NCBI RefSeq assembly: GCF_009914755.1
Contig: NC_060942.1
DNA from: the human T2T-CHM13v2.0 reference genome, Homo sapiens
DNA: 64,000 bases
Reading direction: 5' to 3' (one strand)
Shown piece after piece: positions 28,575-42,610 of this stretch; positions within the stretch are counted from its first letter, which is position 1, and every line of letters starts with the position of its first letter. The notes beneath the pieces were generated by a model that did no database searches, had not been told where the DNA came from, and saw only the letters and a list, made by a program, of their open reading frames with translations. Position numbers and translations under genes: made by a program.

Positions 28575-28735
28575 GAACAGAGTGTGATATTCTCACTATA
28601 AAAATATGTTAGTTAATGCATATTCTAATTAGCTAGATTTAACTATTCTACAATGTCTAAGCACTTCAAAACTTCATGTTGTACTCTAAGTGCACACAAT
28701 TTTGTCTCTCAGTTTAAAATAAATGTGAATAAAAA
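28575..28735 (+). mobile_element. L1MA 3' end fragment
   Basis: TAATTAGCTAGATTTAACTATTCTACAATG...CTTCAAAACTTCATGTTGTAC...AAATAAA. Confidence 0.7.
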
Positions 28736-31700
28736 CAGATTGTATTTATGATTATATGGTTGCTAGAGCACTAACCTATTGATTACTAAAAAACCAAAAG
28801 ATTGGAAATCAACTTAATGTATACAATGAGGGTGGGTTTGCAGAAGAGGCTGACCTAATTCTGGTGGCAAGAACCACGTGGATATAGTCTCAGAGAAATT
28901 TCAGAAGGCAGGACTTTACAACTCAGCAGACATACAGAAGAGTTCAAAATTGTTGGTTGAGTTTTCCCACCTCATGAAGCTGGGGATCAATTCTGAGAAG
29001 GGAAAGATTGTAGAGGAAATTCTAGTTGACATAACTAAACTTTCAGTAACTTTAAAAAAAGAAAATAAAATTCATGAATTCATTGTATATTACCCTGAAG
29101 TGACCAGATTCATTTTCTGTTTTCTGGAAGAAGTGACGCTTTTAAAGTAATTAAGATCTGTTAAATAATTTTTGAAGTTGCATTTTGTAGAGTTGAGTTG
29201 ATGGGTTGCGGAAGTCATCACCATTATTTATTGTATAAATGCAACATTCTCCTGGTAGAAGGAGGGCTGTCCTTTAGGAATTCATCACCACACTCAGTTT
29301 TGGTGAAAATAATGAAGTTCTGCTAAGTACAAAGGAAAATAAATCATAAAGAAGAAGTTCCCTTATAGTAATGCTATTTTGAGGTCCATACAGCAAGCTT
29401 TTTTTAATTATAAAATTAATGCAAAAACTTCATAGAAAATTTAGAAACCACAATAATGAGGAATGAAAGATAGCTCCTAAAAGATGACCCCAAAATGGAA
29501 CCTTACAAATGATCATTTTTTTGATTTCAGCAAATCTGCCAAGATTAGCTTTAGGAGAAGGATTACTCCAGAAAAACACCTAGATCCACTTTGCTCAGAG
29601 TGGAATTTGGCAAACACTAACAGCTAATCTGCTTCTCTCAGAAAGAGCTACACTTCAGATTCATTTGGAAATGGTCTGACACGCACTGTCTCCCTTTTGC
29701 ACATGAAGACGTCAAAAGCTCTTAGAAAGCCTGTGGTAAGCAAACGTGACTAAATTACTTGGATTATCAGTCAATTTAAGCATCATAAATGAAGGGGAGA
29801 ATATGGCAAAGAACAAAAAGAAGAGGGAGTGTGCACTAACAGCCCATGTACACTAACAGCCAACAGGCAAGCATGTGTACTTGAGTACAGACCTGAGAAC
29901 AAGCAACAAGGAGCATACACAGGAAAACATGGCTCTAAGAATCACACGTGCTTCAATCCCAAAGAAGAAAATCACACACGGTGGCCGATGATTCTTTGAT
30001 CAAAATTTACATATAAATAAGAAAGAAAATACAAGGTCTAGTCAGACATTTTGCTTAAATTTAGAAAAATGGGTATCAAAAATTTTAGATAACAAATGAG
30101 AATAGCTCTACGGTTCAGTTTAAAACTGAATAAAGGGTCAGAAGATATAATTGCAAATAAACAGTAAAATTCAGAAAATACAAACAAAATTAATCTCTGT
30201 AATGAATGAAAGTGAGATGAATATGAAAAGCCCAGTGAGCCCACATAAGGGATCTATAATTTTTTAAAAGCTTGAGTAATATACTGGAAGAAGAATTAGT
30301 AATGGAGCACACATGTAACAGCAAGGCACAGAGATTCAGAGATTTTTTTCAAAGCTTAACTAATAATATGAAATTTAGGAAAAAATAAATGTGTATCTCC
30401 CCTCTAAACAATAAAAAGAGCCATTATTTGTTGGGGACAGAACCAATAACCTCCACGTAGCTTCCGTCTCCTGGAAAAGATATAATTACCTCAAATTTAC
30501 AAAGGGCAGATTAAAGTTAGGTACAATGTGATTGAAGGCCAGGTTGCTGGAACACTAGAAAGAATCATTTAAATGAGTTCATAACTTTCTCTATTTAAAC
30601 CCCTTTCATTTAATAAAATGAGACATACTTTCAAACTTTCAAAGGATCATAGACAACAATTAAGATGGGCAACATTTCTGATTTTTAATAAGGTATAAAA
30701 GTGGAATAAATAAATAATAAATACAACTTCATACAAGGCAAATTTCAGAATATATGAACTGGCTAATTAAAATTAATCTTCTGATATATATTAGAAATAA
30801 TTATGAAATTGTTACTAGATAAACCCTGAGGAAGAAAATGGTAAACACTGAGTACACAGGCTTTGTTAAGACTTAGCAGTTCTGAACTGAATGCTGCTGG
30901 AGAAAATTCACAAACCTATATAGATTTGAGCATTTTCTTCCTCAACCAAATCTTTTCTACCGTTGAAAAGCTGCCTGTGTGTCCCCAGATACGAGACGTA
31001 CCCCGTCACGAAAGAACACACGTCTCCACATCACTTCTTCCTTTCTGGGTCTCTCTTTCTTATTTATATTTAATAATAATTTAATTTCTTGAAATTTCCT
31101 TCTTGCCTACTTTACTTCATTCATTTGTCTTTCTCTTCTCAGGAAAACCTTCTCATTAAAAATTCAAACCGAGCAACTACATGTTTGTAAATAGCCAGCC
31201 TGGTGCATTCTTCCTCTCTCCCAAGTAGAAATCAGTTTTAGCTTTTTCCATAGAATTCTCTTTTTGACTCTTAAACTCGAGTAAGAAAGAACGTGTTGGG
31301 GTATCTTGTATTACTGTATCAAACCTTCTTCCTATATGCCATAATAATCTCTTCTCCACTGAGAACAGGTTTATAGGGAATCCCATTGATGGCTAGTCAA
31401 TGTTAGTATGTATTTTCTGACTTTCTATTTCTCAAGACCAGTTTTCAGCAACTTTAGAAAATTTAAAATAGTAGATCATTTATTATTTTAGGATAGATCC
31501 ATATATCATTTTCCTAAAGTAGGATATTGTTCACAAGGTACACCTAAAATAAAATTCCAAGTCTTCAGTATATTAAAAAAAGGCAATGTGGGGGATAAAA
31601 TGACAAATAGTACATATATGTTAAACATTAGAACCTCACTTTTGACAACACATATCCAAAGACTTCATAATCAAAGGACACCTAAAATACATTGATAAGT

Positions 31701-31914
31701 GGCTCGTCACATAGAGACAAATGTTCAGCCTGCAGTAGGAATGTAAATTGTACAAATCAATATAAATTATAAATGAAATTATTTATGTAAAAATTTTGAT
31801 GGATAGAGCAGTGCATTATAATTCAACCTTAGCTGTTTTTGCTGTTGTTGTTCCCCTAGTATACACTATAATGGTTTAGGAAAGGAAAAGGGATAGGCAC
31901 TTTTTTTTTTTTTT

Positions 31915-32124
31915 TTTTTTTAAGTAACAGCACAGATAGTAGCTATTGTAGTCATCACAGTGATATTATATTGTCTCTGCTACCATTTAATTCTGCTGGG
32001 TTGGCATGAAAGCAGCCACAAGCAAAACATAAACAGGCTGTCATGGCTGTGTTCAAATAAAACTATTTGCAAAAAGAGGCACATGCTGTATTTTTCACAT
32101 AAGCCATAGTTTTCCAAACACTGA
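31915..32124 (-). mobile_element. MER58A (hAT-Charlie MITE)
   Basis: GAAAGCAGCCAC...ATGGCTGTGTTCAAATAAAACTATTTGCAAAAA...GCCATAGTTTTCCAAACACTG is the reverse complement of MER58A. Confidence 0.75.
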
Positions 32125-33747
32125 TTTAGGACTATAAAATGTTTTGGATCTATAAAGAACTATTTATTACTCCTGGGTCATTAATCCACCAAAATAATTG
32201 TGTTCTTATAAATGCTGTATTGGAAAATCCTGATATTTTGAAAAAAACTTTTTTGTTAACTATGATGCTATTCCTCAAATATTAAGTATTATGTTTTTAT
32301 ATATATTTTGTAAAATTAGGACATGTGTATGGCTGTAACTTCTTCATATTTGCCATGATTGTGTTAGGGAGTTTCACAATGTTTAGGCTAATTTTGCCAT
32401 CAAAGGATATTTGTTTTTCCTGGGCTACTTAACATTTTCCAAATAATATAGCATGTTCTGGTAAACTTGGTAAGGCTCATTAGCTGGATTGCAAGTTCCT
32501 TGAAAACAGGAGGGAGTATATATTATAATTCTTTGATATACCACATGGTAACTACCACACAATAATGCTTGATGGAACAATCATTGATTTAAGAGTAATT
32601 TTTCCTTTTAGGTCTCTAAAAAAAGCAAGGATCTTCTATTTTGGGGCAGAGGTTTAGTACTGATGTTATTTTTGTGTGACAATGAAAAGAAGAATATCCA
32701 TTTTGAAATTTCAAGCCACATAAATATAATCAGAAAACAGTCAACAACATAATTCTAAGGTAACTATTGAAACAATATTACATTGCCTAATTATGTGTGC
32801 CAATTTTTCTGCAATATTCCATCTTTAATTTGTGGCAGGGGTTAATAAAATAACAAAAACAACAACACATTCCCAAGATTTACTATAAATCATCTCTACC
32901 GGAGAATTATTCATATATATTTCATCTAAATTATTGCAGAATACAGATTGCTTTGTTCTCCTAATCTGAATTCAGTGTTACAGTTACAATAAGCTTGTCT
33001 GTTTTGAAATGCTGAATTGTCCTGATTATTTCTACTCTGGAGTTAAATACATGTAATGTTCATCCATTAAGAGGTTCACCCCTCAGGAAACTTCTTATTA
33101 ATTTTGTTTCTGGTGATCTTTTGAAAAATTGCTATATAATCTTTGTGACAACCTTTTAGAATGACTATAAATTTAAGTTCCAAATAGGTCTTTAAGGCAA
33201 TTTTATGCATATGCAAAGAATCATCCTTATGGGCATTTTATGCTGAGAATAGCTGACTTTAGATATCGATTATATTGTATCAATTTACTGCTGTTTCTAT
33301 ATGTTGCATATATGTATTTATGCTCATATTCCCTGTGGTTAATTTAAGATTGAATATATTGCTATTCTCCAAAATTGTTTTAAAGTGATTGATAATAAAT
33401 TTGAAGCAATCAAGAATACATTTCCAGTCAGTACTTCAAAAAAGATAATGTCTGATCTTTACTTATTTTATAACAAGCGTGCAAGAAAAACAATATTTAC
33501 CTATTTAAATTGGGTGTATTTTTTAATTGTGTGACTCATTAGGAGAATTTAAATAATTTCTAGTGTTCTCCTCATTATGGTATACAGACTTAACATCAAA
33601 TATTTCACTGAAACAATAATTTGAAGCTCCAAATCAGTTTATTGTTTTATATGTATTTGGGTCAATGCAAATGGGCAGAATATGCCAAAGAGAGAAGCTT
33701 AGGTTGACAAAGCTATAAGTGGTCAGAACTGAGCCACTCTTTCTCCT

Positions 33748-34108
33748 CTATGCAGCCATAAAAAAGGATGAGTTCATGTCCTTTGCAGGGACGGGGATGA
33801 AGCTGGAAACCATCATTCTCAGCAAACTATCGCAAGGACAAAAAACCAAACACCGCATGTTCTCACTCATAGGTGGGAATTGAACAATGAGAACACATGG
33901 ACACAGGAAGGGGAACATCACATATCGGGGCCTGTTGTGGGGTGTGGGGAGTGGGGAGCGGGGAGGGATAGCATTAGGAGATATACCTAATGTAAATGAT
34001 GAGTTAATGGGTGCAGCACACCAACATGGCACATGTATACATATGTAACAAACCTGCACGTTGTGCACATGCACCCTATAACTTAAAGTATAATTAAAAA
34101 AAAAAAAA
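33748..34108 (+). mobile_element. L1PA (about PA4-PA6) 3' end with poly-A, 360 bp
   Basis: ORF2 terminus (YAAIKKDEFMSF...HRMFSLIGGN), G-rich 3'UTR and poly-A. No clear TSD. Confidence 0.95.
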
Positions 34109-34449
34109 TGAGTGCTTACTTCATAGGAGTGACTGGCAGTTTGGAGGAAGGCCCAAGGCGAGTGAAAGAGTTGAGGAGTTTGGGAGCACACCAACCGGGC
34201 CACAGAGTTATGAAGACTGAGCAGTCTGAAAGTCTTAGGGGAGGTGAAAAGAAGAGTAAGTGGCAGGAGATAGGGGTTACTTTTAACATATAAGGGTCCA
34301 AATTCGTTATTGTTCATGTATATATTAAGGTTCATCCTCTATTTGGTTCTGATAACACACTTTCTAATTGCACTTAATCCTAGGTCACAAGTGCTGCTAC
34401 TGTGTTGAGGAGGATAGATAGCACTGTTCCAACAACTTCAAGATAATGA

Positions 34450-34720
34450 ATTCATTCGTTCATTTGCTTACTCATCAATAGGTTCTGTTGAGCATTTCTA
34501 TATTCCACGCATGGTGTAAGCACTAGGATGAAGGCTTTGTTTAGTCAGAGAGAGAGACAGAAAAGAGAAACAATAATTATAATTCAGTTTGCTCAGGACT
34601 ATAATATGCACACAGAGATGTCTAAATACAGATGAGGTATCTGCTAACTGGCAGGCAGAGAAGGATTCAGAGAAGAGGTGAATTGAATTCTGAAAGATTT
34701 ATCTGAATGTACAGGTTTAA
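34450..34720 (-). mobile_element. L2 3' end fragment
   Basis: TTCATTCGTTCATTTG...TGTTGAGCATTTCTATATTCCA...GCACTAGGATG resembles the L2 tail reverse complement. Confidence 0.55.
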
Positions 34721-35639
34721 GTTTGGTTCTTTAAAGTTTCAGAATTAATACAAATTTATCTTTGTATACACCTGCTATATTCAAACTAGCTTTCGTTCTC
34801 TATTCCCACAGCAAAATGTGTGCAGGGGTACCCATGGTAAAATAATGCACATTCTCTAACTCCACCTTACATATATACATTAAACCTCCTTCTCCTGGAA
34901 AACTCCCTAATTCCAATATTATTAAACTCACATTAATACATAAAAAAAGTTGACTTTCAGATAGGATAATCAATCATCTGCCACTAAATTTTCAACAAAT
35001 TTTACAGGACAACATATAGATTGTAAATAATTCCATAGCTGTACTAGGTATTTCAGAAACAAATTCACCATATACAATATTGAAGAATTTTCTCATCAAT
35101 ACAGTGTTTATGATACTGATTTAGAAATCCCCCTAATGCCTGAGGCATGCTTTACTGCGTAGAAATGTTCCCACTGATGAGGGAAGGAGAAAGTTATACA
35201 TATTAACCTGACAAAGAGAATATTCACAATGACTTTAAGAGTCAACCTAAAAGGTTACATCTTATCTGCCTCCTTATATTCTGTAGAGGCTTGGAGCGAA
35301 CCTTGAGAAAGATGAGTTTTATGAACTAAAAAGCTGAGAAGTACAAGCAAAAAAAAATTTAAAAATAGTGGGAAGTATTTGCTTAGTTACATCAAACTCA
35401 AGTGGATGATTGTTACAGTAGTTATTACAGCATTGTGCCTCTATGACTGCATAATTCATTAAATTTTATTTGTATGTATAATTTGTCTAGAGCCAGTGAC
35501 ATTGTTAATAATTAATTGTAAATAGGTTTGCGTTTATGGTCAAATAATATATATATAAGTTTAAATAATATAGAAGCTTATATTAATTTGCATTAATAAA
35601 ATATTAATATAAAATAGTTTAAGGCCAGAAAAGATAGAT

Positions 35640-35812
35640 TCAAGTAGTTAGAAAGAGGATATTAAATATTTCTAATCAAAAAATAATAAAAGTGTGAGAT
35701 GATGAATATGTTAATTGCCCTGATCTGATCACTGTACACAATATCACAATATCACTATACTCCATAACTCTGTATAATAATTATGTGTCAGTTAAAAATA
35801 TAAGTTAAAAAA
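35640..35812 (+). mobile_element. L1MA 3' end fragment
   Basis: GAGATGATGAATATGTTAATTGCCCTGATCTGATCACTGTACA...TTATGTGTCAGTTAAAAAT. Confidence 0.75.
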
Positions 35813-37325
35813 ACTAGAGCTTATGAACAGGAAATAAATAAGACTACTGCAATTTTTTAATTCATTTTTGAAGAGTTAATACATTGTTCAACTTTGAGAC
35901 ATAAAATATTATATCTGTTACCACATTTTATAAAAATGTGCCTTCTGAATAAAATTTTGCTTTGACTTAAAAACACTAGATTTACATATCTCCCTTACTA
36001 CACAAAAGGGCTGCCATAAAGAACCACACCATCTAGATGGAAACTCGGAGTTTCTTCCTCTCTTTGTTGCCCTTAAATAGAAATTGCTTCATCTTTCTTC
36101 CTTCTGTGCTTTTCAGTGCCACAGTCAGTTCTGTTACAAGTCAACAGAGCAGTGAAGATGCTGGTCTATTGTTTAGAAAAAATATAATCCTCAAACAGTT
36201 ATTTATCTTCATTTTATTTCTTGTTTTGGAAAGCAGCAAAAACTTCAACATGGTTGTATACTTTGTACTTAGATCATGGCCAGAAAGTTAGGAGACAAGC
36301 TGAGAATATTTTATTGTCTGCACAAAGATAGAGATCATATTGAATAATGAAGAGGTAAGTCAAATCTGAAGAACGACTTAAAATTGTAAGGAACTTGATG
36401 TTAGTAACACTACTTACTTTGCAATTATCCAGGATAATTTTAGCAGATGGGAATGATTCCCCGCTCCCTGACTAAAGAACAAGACCATAGGTATTCTTGT
36501 ATTGTAAAAGTGACCAGTCATTGAGTGTAGTTTGTAATAGTATTTTTAAATGCTTATTACATTTTAAATGATTAAATGGATATGCTGGTGTTCCGTTCCT
36601 TTTAAAAATTTTTTAATCCATGCAATCTGACTTTGAGAGCCATCTGCTATATATCCCCTTTCAATAAACCAAATATTAAGTTGAAGAAAATCTTTTTCTG
36701 GTAAGATCCAGATTTAACAGAGCAGGTAAACTAGGAATAAAAAAGACAAAATCTTCAAATGGTAGAGGGTGAGAAGGTCAGAGGAAGAAGATCTCAAAAG
36801 TAGTGCATCAGCAAAATAAAATATCTAAATGTAAGCAGTGCCTTGGAAAGTAGGAACTGTGGTTCTCTTGGAAACAAAGGGCAAGTCTCCTTGAAGCTGG
36901 CTGAGGGCTGACAGAAAAAGAACAGACTGCTCAGAAAGACCAAATTTAGAGTCTTTTATAACAAGAGGACAGAGCACTTGAGCCATGAACACTGAAACAG
37001 GAGGCTCTCTCATTTTCCTTTCTGCCCAGGTAAAGGCACCTAGTAGTGCATGAGAAGAGATAAACAATTGTCATATAACCCTCCTATAGCTGATAAAAAC
37101 ATACAAGAAGAATGTGAAACCAAACAGATGAAATGTTTAACTAATTTTACCAAAAAGCTAAGAGAAATGAAAAATAACACAAATAACAAACAAAAACAAA
37201 AGCTCTCAGAGTTGAGAAAATCAGACAAGAAGAATTTGTTTAAAGGAAAACTGATATACTCAGAGAAAAATTATAAAATGAGAAATTTCAATATATCATA
37301 AGTGGAAACTAAAAAGCATATAAAG

Positions 37326-37836
37326 GACTATAAATCATGCTGCTATAAAGACACATGCACACGTATGTTTATTGCGGCATTATTCACAATAGCAAAGACT
37401 TGGAACCAACCCAAATGTCCAACAATGATAGACTGGATTAAGAAAATGTGGCACATATACACCATGGAATACTATGCAGCCATAAAAAATGATGAGTTCA
37501 TGTCCTTTGTAGGGACATGGATGAAATTGGAAATCATCATTCTCAGTAAACTGTCACAAGAACAAAAAACCAAACACCGCATATTCTCACTCATAGGTGG
37601 GAATTGAACAATGAGATCATATGGACACAGGAAGGGGACATCATGCTCTGTGGACTGTTGTGGGGTGGGGGGAAGGGGGAGGGATAGCATTGGGAGATAT
37701 ACCTAATGCTAGATGACGAGTTAGTGGGTGCAGCACACCAGCATGGCACATGTATACATATGTAACTAACCTGCACAATGTGCACATGTACCCTAAAACT
37801 TAAAGTATAATAAAAAAAAATTAAAAAAATAAAAAA
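37326..37836 (+). mobile_element. L1PA2, 5'-truncated, 511 bp
   Basis: ORF2 C-terminus [15 protein letters not shown]...IFSLIGGN. The 3'UTR reads GATGACGAGTTAGTGGG (GAG, non-Ta). 16-bp TSD TAAAAAGCATATAAAG at 37310-37325 and 37837-37852. Confidence 0.96.
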
Positions 37837-37985
37837 TAAAAAGCATATAAAGACCAAACTTGTAACACAAAAAGTGCGGTGATTAAAAGAGAATAGAAAA
37901 GTGGAGGAAATAAACATGAGCAAAAAATAAACGAAAAGCCTTCAGGGTGAAAATCGATGTAGAAGCTGGCCAAAGAAGGTTGTAT

Positions 37986-38847
37986 TAGGACCGGCTACAT
38001 GATTTGTGGGGCCCAATACGAAATGAAAATATGCGACCCTTGTTCACAAAGTAGGAAAAAATTACCGTTAAAGGTAATATAACATGAAGGTTTTATGATT
38101 TCTCTTGAGGTCTCTTTCTCAACCAGTGATGGTGTTTTTTATTTGCTACTTAATGTCATGCTCCCCTGGGCATGGGGGTTCTGGTGAGGTCAGTGCAGAC
38201 TCTCACAGTGCCTGGCAGCCATCAGGCACCTTGTCAATAGTGGTTCATTGGGTGGGATCCCCCGCTTTGCAGCCGCTGAACCAACAAGCTTCCTAGATAG
38301 GTAGGGAAAATCCAACTTGGCATCACTTTTTCCCATAACCAGTCCTTCTAACTGGCAGCAGAGGGGTTAATGCAAGAGTATGCTACCTCCTTGCCAGACT
38401 CACTGGGTAACTTGGAAGGGTTGGCAAGAGGCTTACCCAGCCAGTCGCCTGTCCAATGCCCCATGGTGTTTCTGCTCCTGCCACACTCTGAGATCCAGAG
38501 ATGCATGTGTCTGATGCTGACTTTCCCTGATCCTGCTCTGTCTGATCAGTCCCCTGCCAAATGCAGGGACCGCAGCAGTCACTGGTGTGTGGGGAGAGAT
38601 GGCTGGGCTGTGCAGGGGGAACAGAAGGATGGAGAATCTGATGGCCAAGAACCCATCCCAGGGAGTCAACTGAGGCCTCAAGAGCCCTACACATTCTCCA
38701 TTGTCTGGTCTGACTTCACTTATTCAATACATAGTAAAATATAGAATCATTAAGACATCAAGGACAGCCAAATGCCAAGCATGAACTCCTTCTAAGCGTG
38801 GGTTTCTGCACAATTGCATTCACTGGACACCCACGAAGCTGGTTCTA
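37986..38847 (-). mobile_element. MER45B/C-like hAT-Tip100 DNA transposon, both ends present
   Basis: Left end TAGGACCGGCTACATGATTTGTGGGGCCC and right end ...CACCCACGAAGCTGGTTCTA form imperfect terminal inverted repeats matching MER45 termini. Confidence 0.8.
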
Positions 38848-40565
38848 AATGGGATATTAGTAAGTGGAGTCCCCAAAACAGAAAAGCAGAGAAATAGGAC
38901 ACAATATGCACTTAAGAGAATAATTATCTAAAACTTTGCTGAAAATAATTGAGCCTACATACAAGAAGGCAGAATGTGTAAATGAGAAATCAGCCCATGA
39001 TATTCAACAGTAAGACACGGACTCAGTAAATCTTCCCAAGTTTCTCCTAAGAGTAAGAAAATCAGATTGTCATCAGATTTCTGACAGCAACATTTTATGC
39101 CAGAAAGCAAGAAAATAATATTTACAAAATAGCCAAAGAAAGAAAAATGTAAGTCAAGGATTTTAGATTCAGCTAGGCTATCCTTCAATAATAAAGGGCA
39201 CAATAAAATCAGTTATAAATATGCAAAATTTAAAGGAATATTTGTGTCTGGCTACAATTCTATGATTTAGAATAAATGAAATAAATATTTCATGACCAGC
39301 CAATATGCTAGGCCACACAGGAATTTTTAAATTAACCCTGTCATCTTGTCAATGTTTGCTTTACTTATTTTGAGGCTATGCTATTAAGTATATAAAAGTT
39401 TAGAACTCTATCATCTTTGTACATTTAATATTTTATCATTTATTACTTTACCAATTTGCTAAATTGTATCAATTGTTAAAATATAAACATTGAAGTAAAC
39501 ATTTTTTAGAGTACTATGGAGCTCTGAGACTTTACGCTATGTCACAATTTTAGATGGACTGTGGTGTTACAGTGAGAATCTTCTTAATAACAGATTCCCA
39601 CTCATTGGTGGAAACAAAAAAATAAAACGATTGAACTCATAGAGAAATATTTTTAAATGCTCTCTACTGCAAAAATTTTATATTTTATCATATTTCCATT
39701 AAACTTCTGAAGTACAGCACATAAGAAAAACATAATGCAAGTTAAACAATGGGTCTAAATCATAAGCAAAAGTCTCATAAATTATATTTATATCATTAAA
39801 TTAAGGGACTTCGTTCTACACTAATTCTCCAAATGTATGTATACTCTCTCTGTGTATAGGTTTAAAATATTCAAGCATACCGTAAATAGATACACACTTT
39901 TTAACATGTATTTGTTTTAGGAAAAATAATTCTGATTACTGTACAGGCTTCAAATACATGACTGGATTTTTAAAAAGAGTTTAAATCAAATAAATTACTC
40001 ACTAATCATACTTCTAATGATTTCCTCATGGAGTGACATTTATAGAAAATGTCAAAACTATTAATTTGCCAAAAGAAAAATTAGTAATGCTTCTTAACTC
40101 GCTATACATTCATTCTAAATCAAGCTGTTTTACGTTAATAAGAAAGGCCATCTACATTATATTTTAGACATGCAAGTAATTCCATAAGGCAATATGAGAT
40201 TGGTTCTAGTGAGTAAAAATAATGAAAACAAAGGATCAACTTCATAATGTAACTATTTAACATTATACATTGCAATCTCCATCTTTAATTATAGCCTGAA
40301 AATTATTTTGAAATTCACACTTCTTTCAATTTAAAATAAAACATTTTAATAATCTACTATGTTTAAACTTTTCATTTTAAATAAGGGGGACTATTATATA
40401 ACACAAAATGTTAAAGTTATTCTGTTTTCATGTTCAGTGAAGTATTGCATTTTTATATTTTCCTTAGTATATTTGGAAAAACAAGAAGTTCAGATGTATT
40501 AGGAAAATTAAGATATGTTATTACACAATTTTTATTTTTTTTAGTAAAAACTATGTCTTGATGGC

Positions 40566-40968
40566 TGTATTAGTCCATTTTGTGTTGCTATAAAGGAATA
40601 TGTAAGGCAGGATTTATTTTGATCATAGTTCTTCGGGCTGTAAAAGAAGCATGGAACCAGCATTTGCTTCTGGTGATGGCCCCAGGCTGCTTCCACTCAT
40701 GGCAGAAGGTGAAGGGAAGCCAGCAGGTGTAGAGATCACATGGCCAGAGAGGGATCAAGGAAGATGGGAGGGGAGCAGTGGCAAGCTCTTTTTAAACAAC
40801 TAACTCTTGAGAACTAATAGAGTGAAAACTCACTCACCCCCACCCAGGAGGGTATTAATCTCTTCGTGAGAGATTTGTTCCCATCACTCAACCATTAGGC
40901 CCCACCTCCAACACTGGGGATCAAATTCCAATATGAGGTTTGGGAAGACAAATATCCAGACTGTAGGA
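40566..40968 (-). mobile_element. MSTB-like MaLR solo LTR
   Basis: TGTATTAGTCCATTTTGTGTTGCTATAAAGGAATA...GGCCCCACCTCCAACACTGGGGATCAAATT, with a perfect 5-bp TSD ATGGC (40561-40565 and 40969-40973). Confidence 0.92.
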
Positions 40969-41589
40969 ATGGCTATATATATTTTTTAAGCTAAATTGCT
41001 ACAAAGAAACATACTTTTTAGTAATATGATACAACTTAGAATGTTCCAGTTAATTAAATATAAGTAGATGTAAAAAGTTTATTGCTTCAATATAATTAAT
41101 CTTTCCTGAGGTGTTCCAGCCATCAAAATAAATAGTAAAGCAGTATAGTAGGTAGAGATTTTGTTAATGGAATAAGAAACTAATTCATAAACAATATCAT
41201 CTGTTTTATTTTAACATAATTATTCCCATCAAATTGAAACCATAACTTTTTCTCCTGATGGAAATTAAATGTTATAGGAAGTGATGTGGACATTACCATC
41301 ACCCAATATCTGAATCTTTTCCTATGCATGGTCAGCAAACTTATTTGGCTCACTCATTCTTCCAATTATAAAAATAAACACCAAATACTCTTTTTCTTCA
41401 TAACCCTCAACATCTAGCCCACACCAAATGAGGGGTCAGTGATGTGAAGAAGAAGGAAAGTTGTGAGAAATTCATTTTGGCTAGAGTGCTACAAGCACCA
41501 CATTTCATGAATAGCAGGCAAGCTTAATGGAGTGGGACTGGTCTGGCTGTGATAGAATCAGGAAATGGCTTTAGATTTTCAAAATACTC

Positions 41590-42127
41590 TTATGTCTTCT
41601 TTTGATAAGAGTCTGTTCATGTCCTTTGCCCATTTTTTACTGGGATTACTTTTTTTTCTTGTTGACTTGTTCGAGTTACTAATTGATTCTAGACATTAGT
41701 CCTTTGTGAGATACATATTTGCAAATGTTTTCTCCCATTCTGGAGGTTGTTAACTTTTTTACTGTTTGCTTTGTGATGCAAAAGCTCTTCAGTTTTAGTC
41801 CCATCTGTCTATTTTTGTTTTGGTTGTATTTGATTTTGAGGTCTTAGTGATAAATTATTTGCCTAGGTCAATGTCCAGAAGAGATTTTCCTATATTTTTT
41901 CTAGGATTCTTATATAGTTTCAGGTCTTATAGTTACATTTAAGGCTTTCATTCATATTGAGTTAATTTTTACATGGTAGGAGGTAGGGGTTCAGTCTTGT
42001 TCTTCTGCATATGGCTAGACAGTTTTCCTACCACCACTTATTTAATAGGGAATCTTTTTGTCAATAGTATCAAAGATCAGTTGGTAATATGTATTTGGCT
42101 TTATTTCTGGGTTCTCTATTCCATTTC
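41590..42127 (-). mobile_element. L1PB-like ORF2 segment, the inverted 5' part of the adjacent L1
   Basis: Reverse-complement ORF2 running from about NRIENP to KDMNR..KEDI, joined directly to plus-strand L1. Confidence 0.85.
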
Positions 42128-42574
42128 TACTGGGCATCTATTCAAAGGAAAAGAAATCATTTTATCAAAATGAAAACTGAATTTGTATGTTTATCACCAA
42201 AGTATTCCTAATAGCAAAATCATGGAATCAAACTCAGTGTACATCAATGGTTGATTGGATGAAGAAAATGTGATATATATATATATATATATTTATATAT
42301 ATTTTTATATATATTTATATATATTTATATATATATTTATATATGTTTATATATATTTATATATATATTTATATATATTTATATATATTTATATATATTA
42401 ATATATATATTTATATATATATTTATATATATATATTTATATATATTTATATATATATATTTATATATATTAATATATATATTTATATATATTTTTATAT
42501 ATATTTATATATATATTAATATATATATTTATATATATTTATATATATATTAATATATATTTATATATATATTA

Positions 42575-42610
<36 letters not shown>

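Larger units (their letters stand above)
37100..39300 (+). mobile_element. Old L1M ORF1-region fossil interrupted by an L1PA2 and a MER45 element
   Basis: A-rich ORF1-like sequence at about 37100-37310, 37853-37985 and 38848-39300 (GGAGTCCCCAAAACAGAA, ATCAGATTGTCATCAGATTTCT, AGGATTTTAGATTCAGCTAGGCTATCCTTC). Confidence 0.6.

Noticed and set aside
29832-29862. Short repeat CACTAACAGCC occurring twice, 17 bp apart
   Set aside because: Trivial slippage duplication.
38105-38744. Several overlapping ORFs
   Set aside because: They lie in the GC-richer interior of a non-autonomous MER45 element. I see no transposase motifs.
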